This document shows, in pieces, positions 12,401-30,324 of a stretch of 64,000 nt of DNA (position 1 is the first letter of the stretch; the number at the start of each line of letters is the position of its first letter). Source of the stretch: Malacoraja senta (Eukaryota); the NCBI GenBank assembly GCA_038087875.1, contig CM075997.1, positions 4,900,001-4,964,000 on the forward strand, written 5' to 3'. The notes below the pieces were generated by a model, which saw nothing but the letters and a program-made list of their open reading frames with translations, was not told the origin of the DNA and searched no databases. The position numbers and the translations under genes were made by a program.

Positions 12401-12804
12401 AGGGCCTGTCCAACTTAGGCCATTTTTAGGCGACTACAGGCAACTAGGCTGTCGCCACATGGTCGCCGGGTGTCGCCTGTATGGCCGTGAGTAGTCTTCT
12501 CAGTCGCCCAAAGAGTCGTAGCATCTTTCTGGATTTTCAACATGTTGAACATTTTTCAGAGACTGTCGGCAACAGTGTGTTTGACGCCAATGGAGCTTCT
12601 CCTCACGTAGGGGCTGTCGTAGTTGTCGCCAGGTTAACGTAGGTTGTCGCTGGTGCTGACTTTGTTATTTGTTGTTGTTAAAGTAATGATTCTATTTCAA
12701 ATTTTATGTCGTAGCGGGGTCCCACCGCCGTTTTTTTGGAAACCTGCTACGACTATGGCAGTCGCCGGCAGTCACCTAAAAATAGCCTAAGTGGGACAGG
12801 CCCT
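12401..12804. mobile_element. PIF/Harbinger-type MITE, complete
   Basis: TAA|AGGGCCTGTCCAACTTAGGC ... GCCTAAGTGGGACAGGCCCT|TAA. Confidence 0.9.
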
Positions 12805-12898
12805 TAAGAATATCACTGTTCCATTGTCAGTACATATGGCAATTAAACACTCTTAATTCTTGACATGTAGATAAACATCAGCCCAGGAGTCCAGGTTA

Positions 12899-13205
12899 AG
12901 GGCCTGTCCCACTGTACGAGTTTACCCAAGAGCTCTCCCGAGTTTAAAAAAAATCAAACTCGTGGTAAGTACGTAGAATGAACGTAGCGGGTACGTCGGA
13001 GTTCGGGGACGTCTCTTAGCGGCTCGTAACGCTAACGGCAGGTACTCAGGAAACGTGGTAAGCTCGGGAAGTTTTTTCAACATGTTGAAAAATGTCCACG
13101 AGAGCCCCGAGTACCTACGAGCGGTTATTACCGTAATTCTCTGAGTTCGAATCAGGGGAAACTCGGGAGAACTCTTGAATTTGGTCGTACAGTGGGACAG
13201 GCCCT
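12899..13205. mobile_element. PIF/Harbinger-type MITE, complete
   Basis: TTA|AGGGCCTGTCCCACTGTACGA ... TCGTACAGTGGGACAGGCCCT|TAA. Confidence 0.9.
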
Positions 13206-13335
13206 TAAAGCTGTTATCTCTCCTTCCAAATTGAACCGAGGAACTGCACCATATCATCAACTTGTTCTGCTCAAATTTCCAAAAAGCTCCACTTTATGGA
13301 TAAAATAGGACTTATTGATTGCCCCTAATTGTATA

Positions 13336-13680
13336 GGGGGTGGCACAGTGGTGCAGCGGGTGGAGCTGCTGCCTCACAGCGCCTGAGACCCGGGTTCAAT
13401 CCTGTCCTCGGGTGATGTCTGTGTGGCGTTGTTTGCACATTCTCCCCGCGGCCATGTGGGTTTCCTCCAGGTGCTCCGGTTTCCTCCCACATCTCAAAGA
13501 CGTGCGGGTTTGTAGGTTCATTGGCCCTCTGTAAGACTGCCCCTAGTGTGTAGGGAGTGGATGTGAAAGTGGGATAAGAACTAGCTCGAACGGGTGATCG
13601 ATGGTCGGTGGCCAAAGGGCCTGTTTCCATGCTGTATCTCTAAACTAAATTAAATTAAACGAAACAAAACTAAACTAAAA
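13336..13680 (+). mobile_element. HE1-type SINE variant
   Basis: A/B boxes, core, variant body GGGAGTGGATGTGAAAGTGGGATAA, tail. Confidence 0.85.
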
Positions 13681-13956
13681 TGAATGAAAATTGTCCGTTG
13701 TTCCCTTCAGCACAGAAGTGTACCACAGCAGACTGCTTCCTTGTGTTATTTATACTAGCCATTCATCTCCAGGGATTGTAAATTATTCAATTGGTGTGAC
13801 CGAGACTTTAGTTTAGTTAAGAAACACTGTGCGGAAACAGGCCCTTCTGCCCGCCGAGCCCGTACCGACCAGCGATCCCCGCACACTAACACTATCCTGC
13901 ACACACTATGGACGATTTACAATTATACCTAGCCAATTAAACTCCAAACCTGTAAA

Positions 13957-14436
13957 ACCCCCCTGTCCCACGGTACGAGTTCATTCCAAGAGCTCTCCCG
14001 AGTTTGCCCTGATTCGAACTCGGAGATTTACGGTAATGGCCACTCGTCGGTGTTCGGGGCTCTCGTGGACATTTTTCAACATGTTGAAAAATCTTCACGA
14101 GTCTTCCTGTGCTTATCTGCCATTAGCGAGTCTTCCCGAGTACCTGCCGTTAGCGTTACGAGCCGCTAAGCGACGTCCCCGAGCTCTGATGTACCCGCTT
14201 TTTTTTGTGTTTTTGGAAGGAATTCTGTCCCTGATTTGTGTATTGGTCTTTATAACTTATTTTAAATTCTGATTATATGTTTCCCATAAATCTCTGTAAG
14301 GTGTCCTTGAGACCTCGGTATAAGGCGCCCATAAATAAAATTCATTATTATTATTATTCTCCGTGCTTACCACGAGTTTGATTTTTTAAAAACTCGGGAG
14401 AACACTTGGAATGAACTCGTACCGTGGGACAGGGCT
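13957..14436. mobile_element. PIF/Harbinger-type MITE (same family as 12899, inverted) carrying an L2-like insertion
   Basis: CCCTGTCCCACGGTACGAGTTCATTCCAAG / CTTGGAATGAACTCGTACCGTGGGACAGGG TIRs. Confidence 0.85.
14200..14358 (+). mobile_element. L2-clade LINE (or L2-tailed SINE) 3' end with (ATT)n tail
   Basis: TGTAAGGTGTCCTTGAG...AAGGCGCCCATAAATAAAATTCATTATTATT resembles fish L2 3' ends. Confidence 0.6.
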
Positions 14437-16132
14437 ACTTGTCACATGTGGCAATAAAGTATTCATTGATTCAGCGAAGATTCACAAGGATTTTGCCGAG
14501 ACTAGAGGGCTTGAGTTATAAAGTGAGATTAGATAGGCTGGGACTTTGAAAATGGTGCCGAATCCTGGCGACTCTTGCCTATGGACAGTGGGCTGTTTCT
14601 ATACATTCTGCACTTTCGTTTAGTTTAGTTTGGAGATACAGCACGGAAACAGGCTGCCCGTCCTGCTGAGTTACTCCAACATCTTGTGTCTATCTTCAGT
14701 GTAAACCAGTTCCTTCCTACACAATTCAGGCAACTTGAATGACATGGATGGGATGGGCCGAAGGGCCTGTTTGCGTGCTGTGCAAATGTGCCATTCCAAG
14801 ATTGGATTAACATGCTCCAGCTTCACGAGAATAGTTTGGATGATAAAACCGTTTGGTGAATGAGATTTTTGTCCTTGAAGAACAGCAGCCTAGTGCCTAT
14901 CGATTCCTCTTGACATGCTGGTATGAGTTTGGCTTTGCACTTCTGTGTAGGTGAGCTTCTAATGCCAGTAAATGTTTGTTGAACAGAGGATTTCACCTTA
15001 TTATAGCAACCACTTTTAACTTTTTATTGAAGGCCACAACCTGAAGCATGACGAGTCAGCAAGTTAGCACACCCTAGAGTGGTCAGCCTAGATTATAAAA
15101 CCCTGTCTTGGCACGCAGCCAAAAGCACAATCTCTGGATCTGGGCCAAGTGCACTGTCAACTGAGCTGAACAAATTCCCTGTAACATGAGGGTATGGTTC
15201 GTGGGTCAGGGACTTCAGTTCTTCCCAGACTAGACCTGAATGACCAAGCACTTCTGCGGGAATGCGGGAAGCGATGATTGTTTTCACAGAAGGTTCCTTT
15301 TTCTTTTAAGCCGTACTCCCACGGAAACAGGCCCTTCGGCCCGCCGGGTCCATGCTGGCCATCGATCGCCCCGTTCGCACTAGTTCTATGTTATCCCCTG
15401 CTTCCTCATCCACTCCCTACACACCAGGGGCAATTTACAGAGAGACGATTAACCTACCAACACGCGCGCCATTGCAGTGTGGAGGGAAAGCATGGGTGAT
15501 TTGGGCTGAAGGGCCTTTTTCCATGCTGTATGACTCTATGTGTAATTTAGTTCAGTTTAGTTTAGAGATACAACATAGAAACAGGCCCTTCTGGGCCCAA
15601 CTCCTCCATGTTGACCAAGATGCTCCATCTAAGGTATTCCCAATTGCCTGCATTTTCCTATAGCCCTCTCAACCTTTCCTATCCTTATCCCACTCCCCGA
15701 CCATCGATCACCCATCACACCAGTTCTATGTATCCCACTTTCTCATCCACTCCCTACACACTAGGAGCATTTTACAGGCGGCTAATTAACCTACAAACCC
15801 GCACATATTTTGGAGTGTGGGAGAAACCGGAGCACCCGGAGGAAACTCACGCAGGTCACAGAGAGAACGTGCAAACTCCACCAGGACAGCACTCGAGGTC
15901 AGAATCGAATCCGGGTCCCAGGCACTGTGAAGCAGTGACTCTGATGAGGTAGGAGTTGTTTAACAACGTTTTAATGGCCAGATACTCCAGTACCTTGGGA
16001 TCCATTGTTAATGTGAACATCATATTAGACCTACTTTCAGCAGTGCCGCTCTCCCTCAGTGTTCGCCTGGGTTTTCAACTCAATCCTACACAACCTTCCT
16101 CAAATGCAGTTAGCATGATGAGAGCCCACGTG

Positions 16133-17175
16133 TCTAAGGAAGGATGTGCCGGCTCTGGAGAGGCCAGAGGGAGGTTTACAAGAATGATCCCAGGAATGAG
16201 TGGGTTAACCTATGATGAGCGTTTGTCGGCGCTGGGCCTGTACTCGCTGGAGTTTAGAAGAATGAGGGGGGACCTCACTGAAACATACAGAATAGTGAAA
16301 GGCTTGGATAGAGTGAATGTGGAGAGGATGTTTCCACTAGTGGGAGAGCCTAGGACTAGAGGTCACAGCCTCATAATTAAAGGACGTTCTTTTAGGAAGG
16401 AGATGAGGAGGAATTTCTTTAATCAGAGGTGGTGAATCTGTGGAAATTCTTTGCCACAGAAGGCTGTGGAGGCCAAGTCAGTGGATATTTTTAAGGCAGA
16501 GATAGAGATTCTTGATTAGTGATTCTTGAAGGCAGGGAATGGGGTTAGGAGGCAGAGATAGATCAGCCATGATTGAATGGTTAAAGAAGGAACTGCAGAT
16601 GCTGGATAATCGAAGGTACACAAAAATGCTGGAGAAACTCAGCTCGGTGAAACCAAGCGGAGGCTTGGCGATCGTTTCGCCGAACACCTCCGGTCGGTCC
16701 GCAATAACCAACCTGAACTCCCGTGGCTCAGCACTTCAACTCCCCCTCCCATTCCATATCTGACCTCTCTGTCCTGGGTCTCCTCCATGGCCACAGCGAG
16801 CAAACCGTAAATTGGAGGAAATGCACCTCATATTCCGTTTGGGCAGTCTACATCCTGGGGGCTTGAACATTGAATTCTCCCAATTCTGCTAGCCCTTGCT
16901 GTCCCCTCCCCTTCATCAGCCCTCTGGTTGTCTCCTCCCCTCCCCCAGCCCTCGGGCTCCTCCTCCGCCTTTTTCCTTTTTTCCCTTTCTTCTCCCCACC
17001 CCTATCAGTCTGAAGAAGGGTTTTGGCCCGAAACGTTACCTATTCCTTCGCTCCATAGATGCTGCTGCACCCGCTGAGTTTCTCCAGCATTTTTGTGTAC
17101 CAGCCATGATTGAATGGCGGAGTAGACTTGATGGGCCGAATGGCCTAATTCTACTCCTATTGTTATGACCTTATG
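16133..17175 (+). mobile_element. CR1 LINE 3' part, split by a Penelope-like insertion
   Basis: RFTRMIPGMSGLTYDERLSALGLYSLEFRRMRGDL..TRGHSL; 3' UTR resumes at 17101. Confidence 0.85.
16581..17100 (+). mobile_element. Penelope-like element (subfamily B) with inverted terminal segment, GIY-YIG remnant and hammerhead motif
   Basis: 17-bp TSD CAGCCATGATTGAATGG (16564-16580 and 17101-17117); GETKRRLGDRFAEHLRSVR...HFNSPSHS; CTGAAGAAGGG..CCCGAAACGT near 17010. Confidence 0.9.
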
Positions 17176-17576
17176 AACAGTTTACTAACGTTTCGTGCAT
17201 GGCAATTATTTTCATTCCATCGGTGATTTTCATTCCATTCATTCACTCTACTGAGATGATACAAATGGATAGGAAAGATTTGGAGGCGCGTGGGAAAAAC
17301 CTAGGGGATGGGGACAAGCTCAAGAAGCCAATTAGCTCAAGGAGGGTAATAGAAGAAGGGTCCTGACCCAAAATGCCACCTATTCCTTTGCCCCAGAGAT
17401 GCCACTCGACTTGTTGAGTTACTCCAACATTTGTGTCTATCTTCGGTAGCCAGCACCTGCAGTTCCTTCCCACACAAGTACACAACTTGGTTGGCATGAA
17501 TGGGTAGTGCCAAAGGGCCTGGTGCCATACTGTATAACTCTCTAATTTTCTAAGGAGATGGCATCATATTACCCAA

Positions 17577-19800
<2,224 letters not shown>

Positions 19801-20229
19801 AACTATAGGACTTTAATATGACCCTTTCCCCCAGAAGACCAACCTGGGTGTTGAATGCCTATTGCTCTGGGTAACAGTGGACTAGGAAGATCATGAGAGA
19901 TGTGGAAGAACAGGGAGAACACAATTCAGTGTTGTTCCATGTTGCACATTCTTCACAAGCAAGTAATGGTTGATTAATGGAGAGGTTGGAACTCCTCAAG
20001 AGAGAGGTGAGAGGGAAGAGGGGTGGAGAAATGAATTGAATACTTGAAATGAATAGCAATACAGATATTGATTGCACCTCTAGATTCAGGACAGTTTCTT
20101 CTCAGCTGTTATCAGGCAACTGAACCAGCCTACCACAACCAGAGAGCAGTGCTGAAACTACTATCTACCTCATTGGAGACCCTCGGGCTATCTTTGATTG
20201 GATTTTACTGGACTTTATCTTGCACTAAA

Positions 20230-20726
20230 CAATAGACAATATACAATAGACAATAGGTGCAGGAGTAGGCCATTCGGCCCTTCGAGCCAGCACCGCCATT
20301 CAATGTGATCATGACTGATCATCCCCAATCAGTACCCCGTTCCTGCCTTCTCCCCATATCCCCTGACTCTGCTATTTTTAAGAGCCCTATCTAGCTCTCT
20401 CTTGAAAGCATCCAGAGAACCTGCCACAGAGAATTCCACAGACTCACCACTCTCTGTGAGAAAAAGTGTTTCCTCGTCTCCGTTCTAAATGGCTTACTCC
20501 TTATTTTTAAACTGTGGCCCCTGGTTCTGGACTACCCCAACATCGGGAACATGTTTCCTGCCTCTAGCATGTCCAAGCCCTTAACAATCTTATATGTTTC
20601 AATGAGATGCCCTCTCATCCTTCTAAACTCCAGAGTGTACAAGCCCAGCTGCTCCATTCTCTCAGCATATGACAGTCCCGCCATCCTGGGAATTAACCTT
20701 GTAAACCTACGCTGCACTCCCTCAAT
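20230..20726 (-). mobile_element. CR1 LINE 3' part
   Basis: IEGVQRRFTRLIPRMAGLSYAERMEQLGLYTLEFRRMRG; (CTATTGT)n tail. Confidence 0.9.
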
Positions 20727-21113
20727 CCACTCCCTACACTTTACAGAGACCATGTAACCCACAAAATCGCATGGATTGGGATGTGGGGGGAAACCAGACC
20801 ACTCTGAGGAACCCCACATGGTTACAGGGAGAACGTTTAAACTCCACATAGTCAGCACCTGAGGTCAGGATCGAACACGAGGCTGTGAGGCTGCAGCTTT
20901 ACCAGTTCCACTGCTTCACAGGGTCCTGAGTTCAATCCCGGCCTCGGGGTGATCCCCATGTGGAGTTTGCACGTTCTCCTGTGACCGTGTGGGTTTCCCG
21001 GTGGGTTTTCCCTCCCACATCCCACTTTTGTGTTGGTACATTGGTTAGTCACTGGAAATTAACCCCTTGTGTGTAGGTGAGTGGCACAAGAACCAAGAGG
21101 GAAAACTGGTGGG

Positions 21114-21236
<123 letters not shown>

Positions 21237-21759
21237 TGCAGGGGCAGAAGAAGGGACGGTGGGATTGCTATATTGCAGATAGCATGGACTTGATGGGCCA
21301 AATGGCCACCCACATCTAATGAACGTTGCAGTTTGCAATCAATAAATAACCAGGATGCTTCCAATGTGGGCATAGAGTCATGGAGTCACCTAGCACAGAA
21401 AATGCCTCTTTGGGTAGGAAAGGCTTGGATGGATATGGGCCAAACACGGGGAATTGGGACTCGCTCAGATAGACATCTTGGTACGGAGTTTGTGACCACA
21501 TGGGTTTCTCCGGGTGCTCAGGTTTCCTCCCACATCACAAAGACATGCAGGTTTGTAGGCTAATTCACCTCTGTAAATTGGAAATTGTCCCGAGTGTCTC
21601 GGGTAGAACTAGAGTAGGGAGATCGCTGGTCAGCGTGGACTCGATGGGCCGAAGGGCCTGTTCCCGTGCTGTATCACTAAACTATTAGCCTCCATCCAAG
21701 TTTCAAAGCTCAAAAGGACGCACTGGAATTTTACACCCACGGAATGAGCGGTGGAGTTA

Positions 21760-22187
21760 AGGGCCTGTCACACTGTGGCGACCTAATCCGCGAGTTCTGG
21801 CGAGTTTGCCCTCGACTCATACTAGCAGCATGGTCGACACGAGGTCGTAGGAGGTCTTCGTAACTCTCCTTCATGCTCGAGAGTGGTGTTCGCGTACTCG
21901 AGGCCCCAGCTAGGTCGCGGCGTATTTTTCAACATGTTGGAAAATGCCCGCGAGTAAAAAAAGGTCGCCATGGAAAAAATCGATACTTTTTTTACTCGTA
22001 GGTTTAGTCGAGGTAGGTTGTAGGTCGGCATGTTATTCGTAGGTAATCGAGGGTAGTCGAAGCTAGTCGAAGGTAGTCCTAGATAGTCTTCAACATAGTC
22101 AAAGGAAGTCTTCAACATGACATTTTTTCAAATTCTCCTAAACTCTTCTAAAATTGCGAATTAGGTCGCCACAGTGGGACAGTCCCT
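21760..22187. mobile_element. PIF/Harbinger-type MITE, complete
   Basis: TTA|AGGGCCTGTCACACTGTGGCGACCTAAT ... ATTAGGTCGCCACAGTGGGACAGTCCCT|TAA. Confidence 0.9.
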
Positions 22188-22272
22188 TAAGTCCCCGATG
22201 TCCCCTTGACTGTATTCGCTGCAACTGATGGGTAGATATGGCTAGGCACATTATTAACCCCCGCTATATATT

Positions 22273-22540
22273 GGACACAAAATGCTGGAGTAACTCAGCG
22301 GGACAGGCAGCGTCTCTGAAAAGAAGGAACGGGTGACGTTTTCGGATCGAGACCCTTCTTCAGACTGAGAGTCGGGGTGAGAGAGGCACAGAGATCAGGA
22401 AGTGTACGGCGTGAAAACGAGACATCAAAAGAGACGTGGTTCAAGGAAAATGGCGAATAGATCGGGGAAGCAAACGGATACAATCTAATCAGCGGGACAG
22501 TCGGAGAACCTGGGAAGGGAGAGGGGTGGAGTGAGAGGGG
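22273..22540 (-). mobile_element. Penelope-like element 3' region (subfamily A)
   Basis: Shared pseudo-LTR sequence with hammerhead motif near 22335-22363. Confidence 0.8.
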
Positions 22541-22728
22541 GTGCATCACCTCATAGCACCCCTTTATCAGCACCCCCCCCCCTACAACCCTCGCTCCTGC
22601 ACCCCTCCCTTCTTTTTTTTAACCAAAAATAATGTAATCAATTATTTACAATAATATGTACAGTACGAAATAATTCAAGATACAACCCCCCACCACAATA
22701 CAAGTGAAACAAATATACTAGACTATTA

Positions 22729-22822
22729 TGTTTAAGAAGGAACTGCAAATGCTGGAAAATCGAGGTAGACAAAAATGCTGGAGAAACACAGCGGGGACAG
22801 CAGCATCTATGGAGCGAAGGAA
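22729..22822 (-). mobile_element. Short Penelope-like subfamily B end
   Basis: 12-bp TSD ACTAGACTATTA (22717-22728 and 22823-22834). Confidence 0.8.
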
Positions 22823-23290
22823 ACTAGACTATTACATAGCCATCCACCCTCCCTCAGTAACCCTGCACCTTCCAAGGTGATTTTAATCAGCAAGATCTAA
22901 ATTGCTTAAGAAACTTAATGCGTCGAAATGCAATTGGGTTACAGGAATGCACCAGGCCAGGCTCTTAAAAAGGCAGCAAAAATGTGCATTTAAATGTGAA
23001 TTATATCGATTTGTTATTATATGGTGAGCTCTTGCTACCACATCTTTCACGCAGCCAAATGCAAACCGCAGTCTCTGTAAACGACCTCCTTCTGACTCGT
23101 TTTAATGTTGTATTGAATGCTCGCGGACTGCAGCTCAGATCATGAGAAATCGCTTCCTGCTTTCAAACGGAGACATAAAGTTGAACTGAAGGTTCCTTGG
23201 CTGCCGCTGCCTGGCTGATCCCCAGCGCGGTGAAGGGGAGCTGGCTTCATCAATTGTCCCCTTATTTTAGGGGAATTAAAGGGAAGTCAC

Positions 23291-25808
<2,518 letters not shown>

Positions 25809-25946
25809 GGTGGATATCCTGGCTGAGAGAGAGAGTGAGTGTTTCACAATTGAATCTATTGCAAAATGTGGATCTAATACACGAGCGCGTTTATTCCTAC
25901 ACCCCTATATTTAACACTAACATTTGAGACACATCGTATATCTTAC

Positions 25947-26408
25947 CTGGAAAGCAGCGATCTGGAAAATACCACATTTATAAATAAACTCCCAGCATGA
26001 ATTAGAAACAAACCAGAGAGATCGAATTTCTACCCGTGCCTGCCGTCAAGATAAACTATTCGCTTACAATGTTTGTAAATTAATTTCTCAAACCACTGGG
26101 AAAAAAAATCACTCCTATTTCCTGCAAGAACATCTTAAAATATACGAAGCAGCAAATTCAGATTTACACACAAACCTGTACAATTCAGAAGAATCGCCGT
26201 GTTCTCGGATTCCTAAAAGCACCGTCCAAAAATTGTTTTTTGTTTAAAAATGTTATTTCAGTTTTAATGACTATTAAATATTTTTTTTTTAAATCAAGGC
26301 TCGATCTACGTCTCACCACCCCCTCATAAAATCATAAAATATTCTGGTATTCAGGAATACAAGAGAGGTGCAAGAAATACAACTACATACCAAACGCCAC
26401 GATTGCAT
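25947..26408 (-). CDS. Candidate 5' exons of an unidentified host gene: 26391-26408 (ATG to donor), 26176-26212 (37 nt), 25947-25961 (15-nt microexon); spliced MQSWRL-ESENTAILLNCT-DRCFP
   Basis: Sites: CCACCAAG-ATG...TTG|gtatgt; gtgcttttag|GAA...CAG|gtttgt; tattttccag|ATCGCTGCTTTCCAG|gtaaga; frame stays open across both junctions; protein not recognised. Confidence 0.4.
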
Positions 26409-26500
26409 CTTGGTGGAAATTTTCAAAAGGACATCGATTTGAAATTGCAACACTGGCAAGCGAGGGTGTGGGGTAGTGTTGGCTGGCGTGTTCCTTCTAC

Positions 26501-26700
26501 NNNNNNNNNNNNNNNNNNNNNNNNNNNNNNNNNNNNNNNNNNNNNNNNNNNNNNNNNNNNNNNNNNNNNNNNNNNNNNNNNNNNNNNNNNNNNNNNNNNN
26601 NNNNNNNNNNNNNNNNNNNNNNNNNNNNNNNNNNNNNNNNNNNNNNNNNNNNNNNNNNNNNNNNNNNNNNNNNNNNNNNNNNNNNNNNNNNNNNNNNNNN
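26501..26700. other. Assembly gap (200 N)
   Basis: Run of N. Confidence 1.
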
Positions 26701-27224
26701 TTAAAAAAAAGAGTAAACTGTTGGAGTAGCCGGAGAATAGATAGGACACAAAGGAGACCCGTTTAACGGGAAAATCTCACTAGAGAGCTGGCTGTATCAA
26801 TATTTATCACCAGAAACCTTCTCAGCCAGAGAACGGGGGAGATAAAGGAAAGATGAGTGGTTGGATAAGTTTGTAAACTTTGTCCCATTTCAGGTTAATT
26901 TCTTCCACCAAGTTGCGAATCAAACCATATATAAAACAACGATGTTTCTTGTTGCTTCCCCCAGCGGCTGTGATTGAGATATTGTTTTTCGGAGCTGTTG
27001 CAAACTACAATGTGTGTTCGCTTCTGCTCGTATGGCGTCCACCGCGATTGCCTGTTCTGTTCTCATCGCCAGCTTTATTTCCCCTTTCAGTTGTTTTTTC
27101 ACCAACTAAACCCCCCCCCCACACAAAAACGATGCTACAAATGATAGATGGAAGAGGAGGGGCGGGAAGAAATAGCATGATGTGATATCGAAATAGTACT
27201 GTAATACATTGGGAGCAATGGAGC

Positions 27225-27600
27225 AGCCAAGGACTCGAGGGCCTGGGCTCTAGGGAGAGGTTGGGACTTTATTCCTTAGAGCGCAGGACGTTGAGTGGTG
27301 ATCTTATATAGGTGTATAATATCAAGAGGGGGGAAAGATGGAGTGAATACACAATATTTTGCTCAGAGTAGGGGGATCAAGAACCAGAGGACATAGGGTT
27401 AAGGTGAGAGGGGAAAGAACTTGAGGGGTAACTGTTTTCACGTGGGTGTATGGAACGAGTTGCCGGAGGAGGTAGTTAAAATACACTTGGACAGTTATGG
27501 GACAAACGCGGGGGGGGGGGTGGCACTGGTTTAGATGGGGGGTCCTGGTTGGCATGGACTCGTTGGGCCGAAGGGCCTGTTTCCGTGCTGCATGAGACTC
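27225..27600 (+). mobile_element. Degenerate HER1-like CR1 3' end
   Basis: AGAACCAGAGGACATAGGGTTAAGGTGAGAGGGGAAAGA...GGGCCGAAGGGCCTGTTTCC. Confidence 0.75.
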
Positions 27601-28559
27601 TTTAAGAGAGGGGGAGATGTAAGAATCTGGAACTATCCGAAATTCGCTCGCCTGTTGCTAGCTATTTGACACGCTCCTTCCTTAGAAATTTCAATTGTTT
27701 TTTTCAGTTCAATTTGTTGGTTTCGATTGGAATTATTTTAACTCCTTGGTTTTACAAGCAGATTAGGAGAGAGATTTCGGCAATTGAGGTTTTGGGTCAA
27801 CTTCGAGGGGAAGAATGCTAATCATTATGAGTATTTTAATAGCATGCAATAGAAATGAGTTTTTGCTACTCTGCACATTAAATATTAGGAACATAATTAG
27901 GAACATTTATTAGGAACTTAATAATTATAAGCTAATTAAGAATTAATGAGGAATTATTAGGAACAGACAAAGAGCCGGCGGGGATTGACATTATTTCTTA
28001 GTTGAGTTGCAAGGGTGGTAGAATGAACCGCTGGCGTTTCTTTCTGTACCTGGTTTGTTTATTTAGAAATACATTTAGTGTCACGGTTGGTTTACAAAAA
28101 ACAAGCCACACGGAAGACAAATGGGACGTCATTAGGGCTTTTCCACACAAGGAATACAAGGATAAGGGGAGGTCGCTGAGACAGTATTTGTTATTTCTGC
28201 GGGAAATCACTTCGTTACAATCTGAGCTGGAGGGAAATTGCCGAGGCTTGACTTGGAATCCATCGATGCTAGAAAAGAAAATTGGCGTTATGGAGCCAGG
28301 TTTCTCTCTTTTTTTCTCTTTTACTCAAAAAAACAAGGGCTGTTAACGGGGCGGAGAGAGAGAGACCCTCCGCAGATTGCTCGTCCCCAGTGCACAGTAA
28401 CAGAGGCAGATCTAAAAACGTTGAATAAACAGAGTTATCTGCCCTCTCCACAAGGGTTTTAAGTAACATTCAGCCTTTACACATGCAGTTGTTCCGCCGT
28501 GTACACCTCACTTCCTTCCTGGATTTAACGTTGCATGCAGAACTTGGTTTATGCATCTT

Positions 28560-28876
<317 letters not shown>

Positions 28877-29014
28877 CTATTGTCTAAATAGCAAATAATT
28901 GATAGATAAATGAACATCATTCAAAGATAAAGACGTGTAGACATGAGATCGAGAGAGAGAGAGAGTTACTCCAGCATTTTGTGTCTATCTTCAGTGTAAA
29001 CCAGCATCTGCAGT

Positions 29015-29260
29015 TCTTTCACAGATTCACAGAGGGAGAGGACAACTTCCTGGTGCCATTCCCCACAGTGGACATGTTGATTCTGCTGTGGGGGACGTTT
29101 GTGTTGAATTCTATAATGTGTTGTGTCCATTTTTTATTTTTAACCTTTTTCTATGATTGTATGGAAACTTATTATTTATTTTATGTAAAGCACTTTGGTG
29201 TCAACGCGAGTTGACTTAAAACGTGCTATATAAATACAACTTACTTACTTACTTACTTAC
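29015..29260 (+). mobile_element. L2-clade element 3' end with (TTAC)n tail
   Basis: TGTAAAGCACTTTGG-TGTCAACGCGAGTTGAC (hairpin)-TTAAAACGTGCTATATAAATAC then (TTAC)n. Confidence 0.65.
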
Positions 29261-30324
29261 TTTCCCACACATATTCTTCTTTGAAACCTACCTAGCAGGC
29301 TCTGACTTTCGAAGACAGACACAAAAAGCTGGAGTAACTCGTCGGGTCAGGCAGCATTTTTGGAGGGAAGGAATGGGTGATGTTTCGGGTCGAGTCCCTT
29401 CTTCAGACGAAGGCTTTAACTTTCGTGGGCTGTTCCGGTCTCTGCCTATCTCTGTCATCGCTCTTCCTCTTTAACTCACTGAATCATTTCTTGACTCTTT
29501 ATCTTTGTACCTCTCCGGCCCTCATTCCCCCATTTACCTTCCCATGGCCTCAGCCACTTTTATCCCCCATCTCTCTTTCCCACTGTATCCCCCTCCCTGT
29601 CCCTCTAGAGTCATAGTCACAGAGAGATACAGTGTGGAAACAGGCCCTTCAGCCCAACGCCCACATTGGCCAACATGTCCCAGCTACACTAGTCCCACCT
29701 GTCTGCGCTTGGTCCATATCCCTCCAAAACTGTCCTATCCATGTACCTGTCTAACTGCTTCTTAAACGTTGGGATAGCCCCTGCCTCATCTGTGACAGTA
29801 TGTGACAATAAATGTCCTTTGTCCTTTGACATTCGGCCCATTGAGTCCATGCTGACCGTTCACATGAAGTCCATGTTATCCCACTTTCACATCCACCCCT
29901 TACACACAGGGGGGCAATTTACAGAGGGGCCAATTAACCTGCAGACTCCGCACGTCTTCGGGATGTGGGAGGAAAACGGAGCAACCGGAGGAAACCCGGA
30001 CCGGCAGGGAAAAAACGTGCAAACTCCACACATGCAGCATCCGAGGTCAGAATTGAACCCGGGCCTCTGGCGGTGTGAGGCAGTGGTTCTACCCGTTGCA
30101 CCACTCAGCCACTTAGTCATGATGTCAAGCTGCGCAGAATAGGCCATTCGGCCCATCATGTCCATACCAGCCATTGAGAACCCATCTATACTAAACCCAT
30201 TTACCAGCACTTTCATCGCAGTTGGATTATTGATAATACTATTGATGTCCAAGGCAAGGACACGCAGTGAAATGTACTGACAAATGCGTTTAAGAGTCAA
30301 AGAATAATACAGCGTGGAAACAGG

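Noticed and set aside
12896..13208. piggyBac/Kolobok assignment from apparent TTAA flanks
   Set aside because: Copies at 9145, 12401 and 61637 show 3-bp TTA or TAA duplications with TIRs starting AGGG, which fits PIF/Harbinger.
26403..26766. ORFs crossing the gap
   Set aside because: Artefacts of translating N.
28002..28346. 114-aa ORF with a hydrophobic N-terminus
   Set aside because: No recognisable homology and no clear exon boundaries; it lies in a promoter-like block.
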